A program made the translations under genes and the position numbers. A DNA stretch of 64,000 nt from Candidatus Bathyarchaeia archaeon (lineage in GTDB: Archaea; Thermoproteota; CALKCG01; B24). Shown here one piece after another: positions 1-10,335 of the stretch. Location: positions 480,001 to 544,000 of the forward strand of contig JAVZJD010000002.1 in assembly GCA_038870975.1 (NCBI GenBank). Direction: 5' to 3'. The notes under the pieces were generated by a model, which worked only from the letters and a program-made list of their open reading frames with translations, was not told where the DNA came from and did not search any database. Positions within the stretch are counted from its first letter, which is position 1. Each line of letters opens with the position of its first letter.

Positions 1-364
1 CATATACTACGTCAATACCGTTCTCCTTGCAAAATTTGATGGCTTTTTCCGACTCCGAACCTGGTTGCATCCAAACTTTTGTGATTCCAAGTCTTTTGCA
101 AGTTTCAACTATGTGCTCTGTCACTTTCGGAGGAACCACGACATCAACAACATCTGGTTTTACGGGCAAGCTTTCGAGGTCTGGATAACATTTATCACCT
201 AGGATTTCCTGTGCATTTGGATTTACCGCATAGACTTTGTATCCCGCATTTTTCAAGTCTTTATACACTTGGTAACCATATTTTTTGGGATCGCGACTTA
301 CACCAACAACGGCGAAGATATTTCTTTTGTCTAGAAAAGACCTTATTAATTCTTGTTCACTCAC
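1..364 (-). CDS. CoA-binding protein (YccU-like), 3' end runs off the window
   Basis: Not in the ORF track. Manual translation from GTG at 364: MSEQELIRSFLDKRNIFAVVGVSRDPKKYGYQVYKDLKNAGYKVYAVNP...KVWMQPGSES, with the typical AVVG.S and VW.QPG motifs. Confidence 0.85.
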   Translation of the reverse strand, partial: MSEQELIRSFLDKRNIFAVVGVSRDPKKYGYQVYKDLKNAGYKVYAVNPNAQEILGDKCYPDLESLPVKPDVVDVVVPPKVTEHIVETCKRLGITKVWMQPGSESEKAIKFCKENGIDVVY

Positions 365-480
365 ATCCCACATTTAAACTCTCACTCTCATTTAATTTTT
401 ACATACGAATTATTGATGCTCAGGAATAATAAAACTGAAATACTGTTGAAGATTCTTAGAAAATATTGGGGAGAAAATTT

Positions 481-2652
481 ATGGAAAAATTAGAAGTTGA
501 GAAAATTATTTCGCAAATGACTTTAGAGGAGAAGGCTAGGTCTGTTGTGGGTGTGGGATTACCCAGTTTATTCGGAAACCCACATTCACGGGTTCAGGGA
601 GCCGCTGGTGAAACCCACCCAATACCTAGGCTTGGAATTCCATCAGCCGTTTTATCGGATGGACCAGCTGGTCTTAGAATAAACCCTACGAGGGAGGGGG
701 ATGAGAAAACCTATCACGCTACGGCTTTTCCGATTGAAACCATGCTAGCTTCAACCTGGAATAGAGAGGTTTTAGAAGAGGTTGGAAGAGCTATTGGAGA
801 AGAAGTTAGAGAGTATGGTGTAGATATCCTCCTCGCACCTGCTATGAATATCCACAGGAATCCACTCTGCGGTAGAAACTTTGAGTACTATTCAGAGGAT
901 CCTCTACTTACGGGTGAAATGGCGGCCTCCTTTGTAAGAGGTGTTCAATCCCAGGGGGTAGGCGCCTGTTTAAAGCACTTCGCCGCTAACAATCAAGAAA
1001 CGAACCGTATGATAATCGACACTATTGTTTCAGAGAGAGCTTTAAGAGAAATCTATCTTAAGGGTTTTGAAATAGCCGTTAAAAAGTCGAAGCCTTGGGC
1101 TATAATGAGTGCATATAATAGGCTAAATGGCAAATACTGCTCACAGAATCAATGGCTTTTAACAAAGGTTTTAAGAGAAGAATGGGGCTTCGAAGGATTC
1201 GTAATGACGGATTGGTATGCAGGTGACGACCCGGTTGAGCAGATGAACGCTGGAAATGACCTCATAATGCCTGGTAAAGCCTATCAGATAAACCCGAAGA
1301 GGAAAGATGAAGTTGAAGAGATCGTAAATGCGGTTAAAGATGGGAGATTAAACGAAGAGGTATTAAATAGAAACGTTAAGAGTGTTCTGAGGGTTCTCTT
1401 AAACTCACCATCTTTTAAAGGGTATGAATATACGAATAAACCAGACCTTGAAGGACATGCAAAGATCGCCTATAGAGCTGGTGTTGAGGGGGCGGTACTA
1501 CTTAAAAATGATAATGCATTACCAATTAGAGAAGGCGCTAGAATAGCCATATTCGGGGTTGGACAGATAGAGACAGTTAAGGGTGGAACAGGAAGCGGTG
1601 ACACTCATCCAAGGTATGTCATATCCATACTTGAAGGCTTAAAGGAGAAGAATCTCAAAATCGATGAGGAATTGGCGAAAGTCTATGAAGACTATATTAG
1701 AGAAATGAGGGGGAAAGAAGAATATAAGATTAGAAGAACGTTCTTTGGAACCCCCATAGTGCCTAAACTTCCAGAAGACTTCTTAAGCATAGAAAGCTTA
1801 GAAGAAGTTGCAAGTAGGAATGACGTGGGAGTAATTGTGATCAGTAGAATATCAGGTGAAGGCTACGATAGAAAACCTGACAAGGGAGACTTCTACCTTA
1901 GTGATGATGAATATAGACTAATAGAGAAGGTTTCTCAAGCATTCCGAGCAAGAGGTAAAAAAGTAATAGTTCTATTGAACATAGGTGGGCCAATAGAGGT
2001 TGTCAGTTGGAGAAGCCTAGTAGATGGGATCCTAGTCGTATGGCAGGCTGGTCAGGAAGCTGGAAGAATAATAGCAGACCTACTTATTGGAAAGGTTAAT
2101 CCCTCTGGGAAGCTTCCAACAACCTTCCCAAAAAACTACCTAGACATCCCATCGTGGAACTTCCCGGGAGAACCAAAGGACAACCCTCGTAAGGTTGTCT
2201 ACGATGAAGGAATATACGTTGGCTATAGATACTACGACACTTTCAACGTGGAGCCAGCTTATGAATTTGGCTTTGGACTTTCATATACGACATTTGACTA
2301 TAGAGACCTTAAAATAATGAAGACGGAAAACTCTGTAAAAATCTCCTTTACGATTGTAAATAGCGGTAAATTCCCCGGGAAAGAAGTTGCACAAGTCTAC
2401 GTAAGAGCACCTAAGGGAGCTATAGATAAACCCCTCCAGGAGCTGAAGGGTTTCCATAAGACAAGACTTCTAAACCCAGGTGAGTCGGAAAACGTAGAGG
2501 TTGAAATTGATCTAAGAGAACTCTCAAGCTTTAACTGTGGAAGATGGCTATTGGAAAAAGGCGAATACGAAGTAAGAGCTGGAGCTTCCTCAAGAGACAT
2601 CAGGTTGACTGGTATCTTCACTATAGATAAGGAGGAAAAATATTATCCGTAA
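481..2652 (+). CDS. GH3 beta-glucosidase/beta-xylosidase (Thermotoga Bgl3B/BglB-like)
   Basis: GH3 motifs DGPAGLR, GRNFEYYSEDP, KHFAANNQE, nucleophile motif MTDW and a C-terminal FnIII-like domain. ATG at 481 preferred over TTG at 466. Confidence 0.93.
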   Translation: MEKLEVEKIISQMTLEEKARSVVGVGLPSLFGNPHSRVQGAAGETHPIPRLGIPSAVLSDGPAGLRINPTREGDEKTYHATAFPIETMLASTWNREVLEEVGRAIGEEVREYGVDILLAPAMNIHRNPLCGRNFEYYSEDPLLTGEMAASFVRGVQSQGVGACLKHFAANNQETNRMIIDTIVSERALREIYLKGFEIAVKKSKPWAIMSAYNRLNGKYCSQNQWLLTKVLREEWGFEGFVMTDWYAGDDPVEQMNAGNDLIMPGKAYQINPKRKDEVEEIVNAVKDGRLNEEVLNRNVKSVLRVLLNSPSFKGYEYTNKPDLEGHAKIAYRAGVEGAVLLKNDNALPIREGARIAIFGVGQIETVKGGTGSGDTHPRYVISILEGLKEKNLKIDEELAKVYEDYIREMRGKEEYKIRRTFFGTPIVPKLPEDFLSIESLEEVASRNDVGVIVISRISGEGYDRKPDKGDFYLSDDEYRLIEKVSQAFRARGKKVIVLLNIGGPIEVVSWRSLVDGILVVWQAGQEAGRIIADLLIGKVNPSGKLPTTFPKNYLDIPSWNFPGEPKDNPRKVVYDEGIYVGYRYYDTFNVEPAYEFGFGLSYTTFDYRDLKIMKTENSVKISFTIVNSGKFPGKEVAQVYVRAPKGAIDKPLQELKGFHKTRLLNPGESENVEVEIDLRELSSFNCGRWLLEKGEYEVRAGASSRDIRLTGIFTIDKEEKYYP

Positions 2653-2705
2653 AATCAAAATCTTCTATTTTTCCATCAATTGTTCTATTTTAACGTTAAT
2701 CTAAA

Positions 2706-4577
2706 TCATTTTATTATACCAGTTTTCCTCAGTTTGACTTCAACGCTTTCTAATCCAAGTTTTCGCAGAGCCTCCGGTTTGGGAATGCCGTTTTCATCCC
2801 AACAAACTAGCCTATAATATTCTTGTCTATCCTTTTCAAACCTGTTTCTATCAACGGTTTTACCTTCGTAAGGACCCGAAGGTAGCGGTTCCCAGAATCT
2901 AGGTGGATTATCATCATCGACTTTTGGCTTCCAATAAATATCTGGTCCACCTAAGAGAAGCATAGCCCTCTGTATCTGCAGTATTCTAAGAGCCTTTTCC
3001 CCATACCATTCCTCCTTTGTAATGCTCCACCCCGTTACAGCCTTATGAAACCGTAATATTTCCACGTCCTCAATGCCGAACGTTGTAAAGATGCAACATA
3101 TTGCAGAGTCAGATAATACTGCAGAGGCTTCTCCACTACCATATTCCTCAACGGAAGCTAGGGAGGTATGATCACCTGCTTGAACCGAGCAAGCATAGGA
3201 TATGCTCTCTGCAAAGTCTCTACCACTTCTGACACCATGTGCACCTATTGCTATACCTTTCTCATGGACAACGTACTGAAGCAGGTTTACACCTTTAATT
3301 TCACTAAGCTTCAAAGCGGCTCTGTATACTCCCTCAGCTAAGGTATCACCTATTCCCTGTCTATATGCCACTTTTTCAGCTAAGGCGATAAAAGCATCGG
3401 TATTTCCCCATTTAAGTTCAAGCCCATCCAACTCTTCTTCCGTTAATATCCCCCTCTGGTAAAGCTCCGCTGCAAATCCTAGAACCGCACCACCCTGTAT
3501 TCCGCAGAGACCTAACTCGTTGTTAATGTACGATATGTAGATGTTTTCCTCCGGTTTGAATATCCCCAGATTTGCGCCTAGATAAGCTTCAAATTCATAA
3601 TCTGGATTATCACATACTGTTCCTTTAAACCTTCCAGCTCTAATCGTGGCGAGTTTTAAACATGAAACTGGACAGCCGAAGTCTCCCCAATACTTTTTAA
3701 CCCAGTATTTATCGAATTCCTCTCCTTTGAAACTTTCCATGTTATGCCATTCTTCCTGCCAGTTTCTAATAGGTTCTGAACTGGTTTCAGCTCCAAAGTG
3801 GTATCCTCCTTTTCCCGTCCCCCAGCGTCTGAAATCTTCCATCTCAAAATTCCTTCTCGAGAACTCGTTAAACAGACGGAGCATTTCATCTCTATCATAA
3901 ACTTCAGGTAATGGGCCAAACCCCTTTACCACTATTGCCTTTAAGTTTTTAGAACCCATCACTCCACCGTATCCACCATACCCAGCTCCATGTGCATATT
4001 TAGCCACTACGGCTGCAACCCTTGTTTTATTCTCACCTGCAGGTCCAATATATAGGATTGATGGGTCTTTTACTTCCCCATAATTCGACCTAAGCGTTTT
4101 AATTTCTTCAACCGATTTTTTAACTAGAAACTTTACGGTTTCCCTAGCTTTTCTACCCCATATAGGGGTAGCATCTTTAATATCGATTTGATTATCACAT
4201 ATGAAAATATAGCTTGGTCTTTCAGCTCTTCCAGTTATTATTAAACCATCATATCCAGCACACTTTAAATCCACACCGAACTCACCAGCAATGGTAGATC
4301 CTACCATTCCATTGCTTTGCGGAGACTTCCCTGAAACGCAAACCTTTGTTCCAGGTATGAAGCCTGTCAATGGCCCTGTAAGCACCAGCAGGATATTTTC
4401 CTCCGCAAATGGATCGACAGATTCCCATTTTTCACCCAGCCTATCCCAAAGTATTTTTGCCGCTAGACCTCTCCCACCAATGTAATCACGTAAAACCTCA
4501 TCTGGGAAACTGGTTTCTTTAATATTTCCACTTGAGAGGTCTATCTCCAAAAATTTTCCAGCATATCCTCTTATCAA
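2706..4577 (-). CDS. Tungsten-containing aldehyde:ferredoxin oxidoreductase family, WOR5-like large subunit
   Basis: AOR motifs GGRGL, SGKSP, GGVMGSKNLKA and DFGCPVSC. WOR5-like segments SSEPIRNWQEE and DDDNPPRFWEPLPSGP. Confidence 0.9.
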   Translation of the reverse strand: MIRGYAGKFLEIDLSSGNIKETSFPDEVLRDYIGGRGLAAKILWDRLGEKWESVDPFAEENILLVLTGPLTGFIPGTKVCVSGKSPQSNGMVGSTIAGEFGVDLKCAGYDGLIITGRAERPSYIFICDNQIDIKDATPIWGRKARETVKFLVKKSVEEIKTLRSNYGEVKDPSILYIGPAGENKTRVAAVVAKYAHGAGYGGYGGVMGSKNLKAIVVKGFGPLPEVYDRDEMLRLFNEFSRRNFEMEDFRRWGTGKGGYHFGAETSSEPIRNWQEEWHNMESFKGEEFDKYWVKKYWGDFGCPVSCLKLATIRAGRFKGTVCDNPDYEFEAYLGANLGIFKPEENIYISYINNELGLCGIQGGAVLGFAAELYQRGILTEEELDGLELKWGNTDAFIALAEKVAYRQGIGDTLAEGVYRAALKLSEIKGVNLLQYVVHEKGIAIGAHGVRSGRDFAESISYACSVQAGDHTSLASVEEYGSGEASAVLSDSAICCIFTTFGIEDVEILRFHKAVTGWSITKEEWYGEKALRILQIQRAMLLLGGPDIYWKPKVDDDNPPRFWEPLPSGPYEGKTVDRNRFEKDRQEYYRLVCWDENGIPKPEALRKLGLESVEVKLRKTGIIK

Positions 4578-5119
4578 CCTAGAGCCTCCTTAGTTGTTTC
4601 CTCACCTAAAAGCTTCTTCGCTACTTCAATAGTCAATATTTGCGGAGAACACGCAAAACTTTTGTAGGAAACGTCTTCAGCTCTAGATACGATTTTTAAC
4701 GCATTCCACTTACCTTCTTGACAAGCTTCAACGCATTTAGGATTTCCATCGCATAAATCGCATATGACAATGTGATTCTTCTCTGGATGCATATGTGGGA
4801 CGCTCCCCGGACAGACGCTTATACATAAACCACATGCAGAACACTTTGAGACATCAACGTTTACAGCTCCTGTTCTACTATTCACAGATAAAGCTTTAGA
4901 TGGACAAGCACTAACGCATGGGTAGTCCTCACATTGAAAACAAAAATGCGGAATTTCAACACCTGGGATAAACATGAAAATCCTCACTCTTGAAGCTTCA
5001 GGCCAAATTCTCCCCTCATGATGCAACGAACATACTATTTCACATCTTCTGCAACCACTACAATTCTCGTAACTCCGTTCAATCCAGATTTTTCCACCAG
5101 AATCCATTGACAACATCAC
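4574..5119 (-). CDS. 4Fe-4S dicluster (polyferredoxin-like) small subunit of the WOR5-type enzyme
   Basis: Four Cys clusters (CSGCRRCEIVC, CFQCEDYPCVSAC, CSACGLCISVC, CDLCDGNPKCVEAC); overlaps the AOR start. Confidence 0.88.
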   Translation of the reverse strand: MMLSMDSGGKIWIERSYENCSGCRRCEIVCSLHHEGRIWPEASRVRIFMFIPGVEIPHFCFQCEDYPCVSACPSKALSVNSRTGAVNVDVSKCSACGLCISVCPGSVPHMHPEKNHIVICDLCDGNPKCVEACQEGKWNALKIVSRAEDVSYKSFACSPQILTIEVAKKLLGEETTKEALG

Positions 5120-5190
5120 CTACAATTTGACTTCAAACGCAGATAGCACTTCATTCAGAAAGCTTATATGCTTTAAACTCTTAAATCTAG

Positions 5191-5646
5191 TTGAGCCATC
5201 GCAAGTTTTTTAATTTAACGACTGCAGTAGTTTATACAGGTGATTATGTGCATAGTAAAGGTGATGAGAAGATAGAAAATAAGCGGAAGCATTTCCTATT
5301 TCCAGTATTCATGTTCATAGGTATGGGTGTAGGCTTCCTACTGATTGAAAGCATAGGCGGATTAGGATTCGTCTCAGCAATGTTTATCGGCATGGGCTTG
5401 GGTTTTCTTTTCGACAATCTTATAGTGATTGAAGAGAGGAAAATAAGCGTAGAAGTTCCTGTGAAGATAGGTGGCATAGCTACTTCTATAATAGGTGTCC
5501 TGTTCATAATCGGAGGAACTGTCGCTCTCATAGCACCCGAACTGCTTGAGAAACTTGCAACATACTTCATAGGATTAGGGTTCATAGTAGTTGGAATCTT
5601 CATACTAATCTATGGACTTGGTCTAGTTAAAAGCAAACCTAGCTAA
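5191..5646 (+). CDS. Hypothetical integral membrane protein (about 4 TM helices); start uncertain, possibly GTG 5248
   Basis: Hydrophobic segments with a repeated MFIGMG(V/L)GFL motif. Confidence 0.6.
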   Translation: MSHRKFFNLTTAVVYTGDYVHSKGDEKIENKRKHFLFPVFMFIGMGVGFLLIESIGGLGFVSAMFIGMGLGFLFDNLIVIEERKISVEVPVKIGGIATSIIGVLFIIGGTVALIAPELLEKLATYFIGLGFIVVGIFILIYGLGLVKSKPS

Positions 5647-5662
5647 ACTATTAAAGCTACGA

Positions 5663-6075
5663 TTAGTTAAGCTCTTTAATGGGATTTGGGTTCAAAGCGC
5701 TGATTCTAACATATAAATCATACGTAACCATTGTAACCCTTAATCCATTGTTTAATGGACCATTTAAGCTATTGGAGAAGCGCAGATAATTTAACTATTT
5801 TGAAGCTTTTTTGCTTATGGAGATTTCATAACCTATGCCTATTAGTTTAAGTGGAGCATTTACTGGAAGATTCCTAAATACCTAATTGCAGGTAAAAAGT
5901 AAGTTTGATCTAGTAGTAATTTCAAGGCTCAATCTTCCTCGAGAGGTCTTTCTCTAAATGTATAGAATTCCTCCAATGTTATTTCTATCGATGGAGACTC
6001 TTCTAAGACCCCCTCCAGACTTAGTATCGGTTCAACCAGAAGCTTGCCATCCTCAATTCTATAGAAGAGCTCTGT
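5663..6075 (-). pseudogene. Decayed AbrB-type antitoxin plus PIN (VapC) toxin pair
   Basis: Fragment ELFYRIEDGKLLVEPILSLEGVLEESPSIEITLEEF, then after a frameshift a TTGA overlap at 5922-5925 into MKLLLDQTYFLPAI (PIN N-terminal hhhD motif). Further frameshifts and stops follow. Confidence 0.6.
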
Positions 6076-6120
6076 CTACTATTTATATCTAGGTCGCAAC
6101 TATTTTCATTCTGATGGTAG

Positions 6121-7245
6121 ATGAGCCATAGGGAGCGTTTCTTTAAAGCTTTAGAGTTAGAAGAGCCGGACTCAGTCCCTATAACTGATCTTGCTTTAGA
6201 CCCCCCAATTGTAGACGCCGTTTTAAAACGTAAAATTTCCGGTACGGTTTTAACGATGGCTGGTGGAAGCGATAGCTGGGAGAATTCGCTAAACTATAGA
6301 CTTGCACTTGTAGAAGCGTGTGAAAAACTAGATTTCGACGCTGTACCAGCTTTATCAGACTACTCTCTTACGACGAGAGATTACAGGCCTAAGTATTTGG
6401 ACGGTAAGAAATACATTGACCACTGGGGTAGGATTATGCAGACGAGTATAGGGGCTAAAACAACGTATTTCATAGGAGGAGTCGTCAACACCCCCGAAGA
6501 CTTGGAATTCTATGAACCCCCAGACCCATTCCATCCCGATGTCGTTGAAATGGTTGATAGAATTATGAAGAGGGTTAAAAATAGGGACATAGCTGCAATA
6601 GCTCAATGCCACAGCGGATGGCATATGGCTTTTCAAGTAAGAGGAGGAATAGATAAGATCTCGATCGACCTATACCGTAATCCTTACTTTGTGAGGAAGC
6701 TCATGGAAAAGATCGCAGGAGCCTGCCGTGGCTTCGCTAAATTGATGGCTGAGGCTGGAATAGATGCTCTTTTCGTAACAGACGACTATGCTGATAGTAG
6801 AGGTCCTCTAATAAATCCTAAATTGTTCAGAGAATATGAGCTACCCAATTTAAGAGAGGTTGTAAATATTGGGAAGCGTTATGGAATACCTGTGCTAAAG
6901 CACTCTGATGGGAACCTTTACCCGATATTAGAAGATATCATCGATACAGGGATATGCGCTCTACATCCGATGGAGCCCGGCGTGATGGATTTGAAGTACA
7001 TCAAGGAAAGATATGGCTCTAGAATATGTCTAATTGGAAACGTCGACTGTAAATACGTACTAACCTTTGGAAGTGAGGAAGACGTGAGAAGAGATGTTAG
7101 AAGGTGTATAGAGTCGGCGGCTCAAGGTGGAGGATTCATTCTAGCATCGAGCAATTCGCTACATGCCAATGTTAGAGTGGAAAACATCTACGTAATGATT
7201 GATGAAGCTAGAAGATATGGGAAATATCCTTTAAAATCAAAGTGA
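6121..7245 (+). CDS. Uroporphyrinogen decarboxylase (URO-D)/MtaA-CmuA superfamily protein
   Basis: N-terminal MSHRERF...EEPDSVP, DDYA, KHSDGNL, LHPMEP, LIGNVD and GGGFILASSNS. Confidence 0.85.
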   Translation: MSHRERFFKALELEEPDSVPITDLALDPPIVDAVLKRKISGTVLTMAGGSDSWENSLNYRLALVEACEKLDFDAVPALSDYSLTTRDYRPKYLDGKKYIDHWGRIMQTSIGAKTTYFIGGVVNTPEDLEFYEPPDPFHPDVVEMVDRIMKRVKNRDIAAIAQCHSGWHMAFQVRGGIDKISIDLYRNPYFVRKLMEKIAGACRGFAKLMAEAGIDALFVTDDYADSRGPLINPKLFREYELPNLREVVNIGKRYGIPVLKHSDGNLYPILEDIIDTGICALHPMEPGVMDLKYIKERYGSRICLIGNVDCKYVLTFGSEEDVRRDVRRCIESAAQGGGFILASSNSLHANVRVENIYVMIDEARRYGKYPLKSK

Positions 7246-7309
7246 CTCCTTACACATCTTCTAGTTTGAAATGGAAAGCGATATTAAGATGAACTCGTAA
7301 AGTTCTAAA

Positions 7310-7789
7310 TTGGGCCAAATGGATTCACTACACTCTTATGTAATTTTTCTTCCAGCTGAAGAGAAAGATAGAATATTAAGCGCCATCTTCGGTTCAAAGG
7401 CTTCCCTCGATATTTTAAGATTCTCCCTTAAACATGGGATTTCGAATAAAATCTATCAGAAGGATCTTGTAAAGAGGCTTCAATATTCGAATAAAACGAT
7501 TATTGAAAATTTAAAGGTTTTAACTAAGCTTGGAGTTTTAACAGAATCTATGGAGAAGAATGAGTCGGAAGGACGAACAGTATGGGTTAAAGTCTACAAA
7601 CTATCGGATGTTGGGAAGTGGTTTGCACTCCTTCTGGCAGAGGAGGAGGATTTAACAGACTTGGAGAAGGCGGAAATACTTCAAAACATTTTTAGAAGCT
7701 ACGTTAGATGGGTTAAAAGCCTTTCAGAGAAACTTCGAGTAAGTAAAGATGTGCTTAAACAGATTTTCAGCGAGGAAATGGAGGACTAG
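7310..7789 (+). CDS. Winged-helix (putative transcriptional regulator) protein
   Basis: wHTH-like segment IYQKDLVKRLQYSNKTIIENLKVLTKLGVL followed by a wing with WVKVYKLSDVG. Confidence 0.65.
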   Translation: MGQMDSLHSYVIFLPAEEKDRILSAIFGSKASLDILRFSLKHGISNKIYQKDLVKRLQYSNKTIIENLKVLTKLGVLTESMEKNESEGRTVWVKVYKLSDVGKWFALLLAEEEDLTDLEKAEILQNIFRSYVRWVKSLSEKLRVSKDVLKQIFSEEMED

Positions 7790-7832
7790 ATAAAGCTAAC
7801 TATTCCTACGTTTAAACTTTTCAACCCCTATC

Positions 7833-8240
7833 CTAGATGGCGAATGTAATGGTTTTTAACTGCTTTACCCCTTTTCTACCTGCAATTTCATCAATCAGCT
7901 TTTTAATACGTGAAGATTCACCTTTAACCGATATTATCAGCATACAGTTTCTCTCATCGACGTGGATATGTAAAGCCGATATTATAAGCTCCCTGTAGGA
8001 GTGTTGAATATCAGTCAAAGACTCCTCCAAAGCCCTAGTCTCATGATCGTAGAAGATATTCAAAGTTCCAAAGATGAGCTCGCCTTCCCTATGCTTCCAA
8101 GCGTGTTCATTCATAAACATACGCATAGCCTCTTGAACCGCCCTAGACCTGTTGTAATTTAAATCTTTAATGAATCTATCAAAGGCGGTTAATAACTCAC
8201 GTGAAACTGAGACACTGAATCTCACAACACCTTCATTCAT
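7833..8240 (-). CDS. nikR: Nickel-responsive regulator NikR family (RHH plus ACT-like domain)
   Basis: RFSVSV...NRSRAV ribbon-helix-helix; IQH, HIHVD and C metal-ligand pattern. Confidence 0.85.
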   Translation of the reverse strand: MNEGVVRFSVSVSRELLTAFDRFIKDLNYNRSRAVQEAMRMFMNEHAWKHREGELIFGTLNIFYDHETRALEESLTDIQHSYRELIISALHIHVDERNCMLIISVKGESSRIKKLIDEIAGRKGVKQLKTITFAI

Positions 8241-8380
8241 AAAGACTCCACATTAATGCTCAACGTTAATCCTCATAAAATTTATCACATGTCTTCTTCA
8301 CCTAGAAGAACCCCAATGGAATAACTTCACACTTCTCTGAGTATAGGTAGATACGAGACACTGCGAACTTCAACTTTTAT

Positions 8381-8779
8381 TTACATAGGAAAGAGTTTAG
8401 CTAAAGAGGACTCATTAGAATTAAACCGCCAACCATTTAATTCTTCAAGAAGAGTTACTCTGGTTATATTTCCACAACTCCTTTTCATTTGACGGCCAGC
8501 TGTGACTAATTGCACGTTCAATTTCTTTGCGAGGTATACGTAAGTTGAATCGTACACAGTCAATTTTGCCGTAGCAACTATGCTTAAGATCTCAACTGAA
8601 TCCTCCCATTCAATAGATTTAATACTAAAGCCTATATATTTCAATGCTTCCAGCGCCTCCATACCATCGGAAAGCTTTAAAATACCTCTAGAAAACGCTC
8701 TCAGAATAACTTGTTCTTCCTAAGGGTCTCCTGGAATGATCCATTTAGCCACTACACTAGCATCTATAACTATTCTAAG
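8381..8779 (-). pseudogene. VapC (PIN-domain) toxin pseudogene
   Basis: Reads LRIVIDASVVAKWIIPGDP*EEQ with an in-frame TAG at 8720-8722. Apparent internal deletion. C-terminal LTVYDSTYVYLA...LVTAG has G in place of the usual D. Confidence 0.75.
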
Positions 8780-9006
8780 CTTTTCTCTCTGTCCTCCCTT
8801 ATCCACTTTACAATCTCCTTCGTAGATACTTCACCAGATCTCCTACGAATCTCATCCAATTTTTCAGCAACCTCCTTAGCAATCTCCTCTCTAATCTTCG
8901 CTTCAATGATCCGCCTAAGATATTCACTCTAATTCACGTTAACTCTTTTTATTAATCTCCTTACCTCTTCAGGGACTTTGACAGATACATTAACAAGCCT
9001 ACTCAA
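8770..9006 (-). pseudogene. VapB-type antitoxin pseudogene
   Basis: MSRLVNVSVKVPEEVRRLIKRVNVN*SEYLRR...EIVKWIREDRE, with an in-frame TAG at 8929-8931 where NWSE is expected. Confidence 0.75.
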
Positions 9007-9104
9007 AAGGCTCACCAAATGGTAATCTCAATAGAGGTTACTATCTTAAAATTACTAAAGAGGGGGGAAAACGCAGAATTATATCAGTAGTTACAAATTT
9101 GACT

Positions 9105-10175
9105 TTAAAAAGCTTCCAGGCCAGACCATGGAAATGGAATTGGAAAGACTTTCTTCAGTATCTTAGTCAGCTCTCCATTTTCAGGTATTTTAAGAGGTTC
9201 TTCAACAGAGCCGAAGACTAAGCGCACTATCATTCTACTATCAAATTGAAAACGTTGACTTTGAAACTCTACCGTGAAAACGTTACTCTCCTGTCTGAAA
9301 TTTAAAAGCTTCAGATTTCTAAATCCTAAATGTGCTTCAAAGTAAGGTTGCAGTCTCTCACAGAGCCTTTGAAAATCCACCATTTTAATCGTATGTCCAG
9401 GAAGGTCTTCAACCTCCGATTTAAGCCCCATCTTATCAAGCAGATATTTGAATTCTAAATCGAAGGGTGAAACCCATACTAGAAGCTTTTCAATCCCATA
9501 TTTCTGGAAAATCCATGGTATTGCTTCAACTATAGCACTTCTAGACCCCGCGTATTCACATATAGCTACTGTTTTCCCTTTCGAATATTTTTGAGCAGAC
9601 GGTTGAACAACTATATAGGCCAAATTCTGAGATTTACAACGTAACATGTATGTGTTGGGTTTCACGTAGAACCAGCCTGGCCAAAGAGGCCACCAATGCC
9701 TCTTATCCATATCGTTTTCAAAGTGTTCAATTGTTCTAAAATATCGGACTGGCTCCATCTGGTAAATCTCAACCAAATCCGATAGGTCTCCATCACAATA
9801 TTCTCTAGGCTCTACCATCCCTATCGGGAAATTTTCAACGTCCGCTTTAGATATTTTAAACAAGTAGTATGGTGCTGCGGCGACGCAGTTAAGCCGTCTG
9901 TAAAGTCCACGGTCTCCAGATACTAAGAGAATATCACCTCCATCTTCCCAAGTCAGTTTAATCGCAGATTCAAGAAGCCTAGTAGCATACCCCCTCCCCC
10001 TATATTCTTCCTTAGTCCACACACCTCCTATGCATCCAACTCTAAACTTGCAACCATAGACATATACGTCTCTCTTCCATAAGCCAACCCTAGAAACAGT
10101 TTGACCAGATTCTAAGTCTAAAGTAAGCCAAATGACCTCCCCATGTCTCCTAATTTTCTCCACGATATTTTCCAA
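9105..10175 (-). CDS. GNAT family N-acetyltransferase (Eis-like, tandem GNAT)
   Basis: Acetyl-CoA motif IGGVWTKEEYRGRGYA and GLYRRL. Confidence 0.75.
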   Translation of the reverse strand: MENIVEKIRRHGEVIWLTLDLESGQTVSRVGLWKRDVYVYGCKFRVGCIGGVWTKEEYRGRGYATRLLESAIKLTWEDGGDILLVSGDRGLYRRLNCVAAAPYYLFKISKADVENFPIGMVEPREYCDGDLSDLVEIYQMEPVRYFRTIEHFENDMDKRHWWPLWPGWFYVKPNTYMLRCKSQNLAYIVVQPSAQKYSKGKTVAICEYAGSRSAIVEAIPWIFQKYGIEKLLVWVSPFDLEFKYLLDKMGLKSEVEDLPGHTIKMVDFQRLCERLQPYFEAHLGFRNLKLLNFRQESNVFTVEFQSQRFQFDSRMIVRLVFGSVEEPLKIPENGELTKILKKVFPIPFPWSGLEAF

Positions 10176-10335
10176 TATTTAAACCTCCAAGGAGATAACT
10201 ACGTTGACCCTCTCAAAAATTTAAGTTTTCCCCGAAGGTTCAACGAGCTCCGACCGTTAGAAGCTTCTCATAGTAAAATCGATTTCCCATAAACTACCTA
10301 AAAGGTGAAGGTGATCAGTAATGGAGATATCTCCA

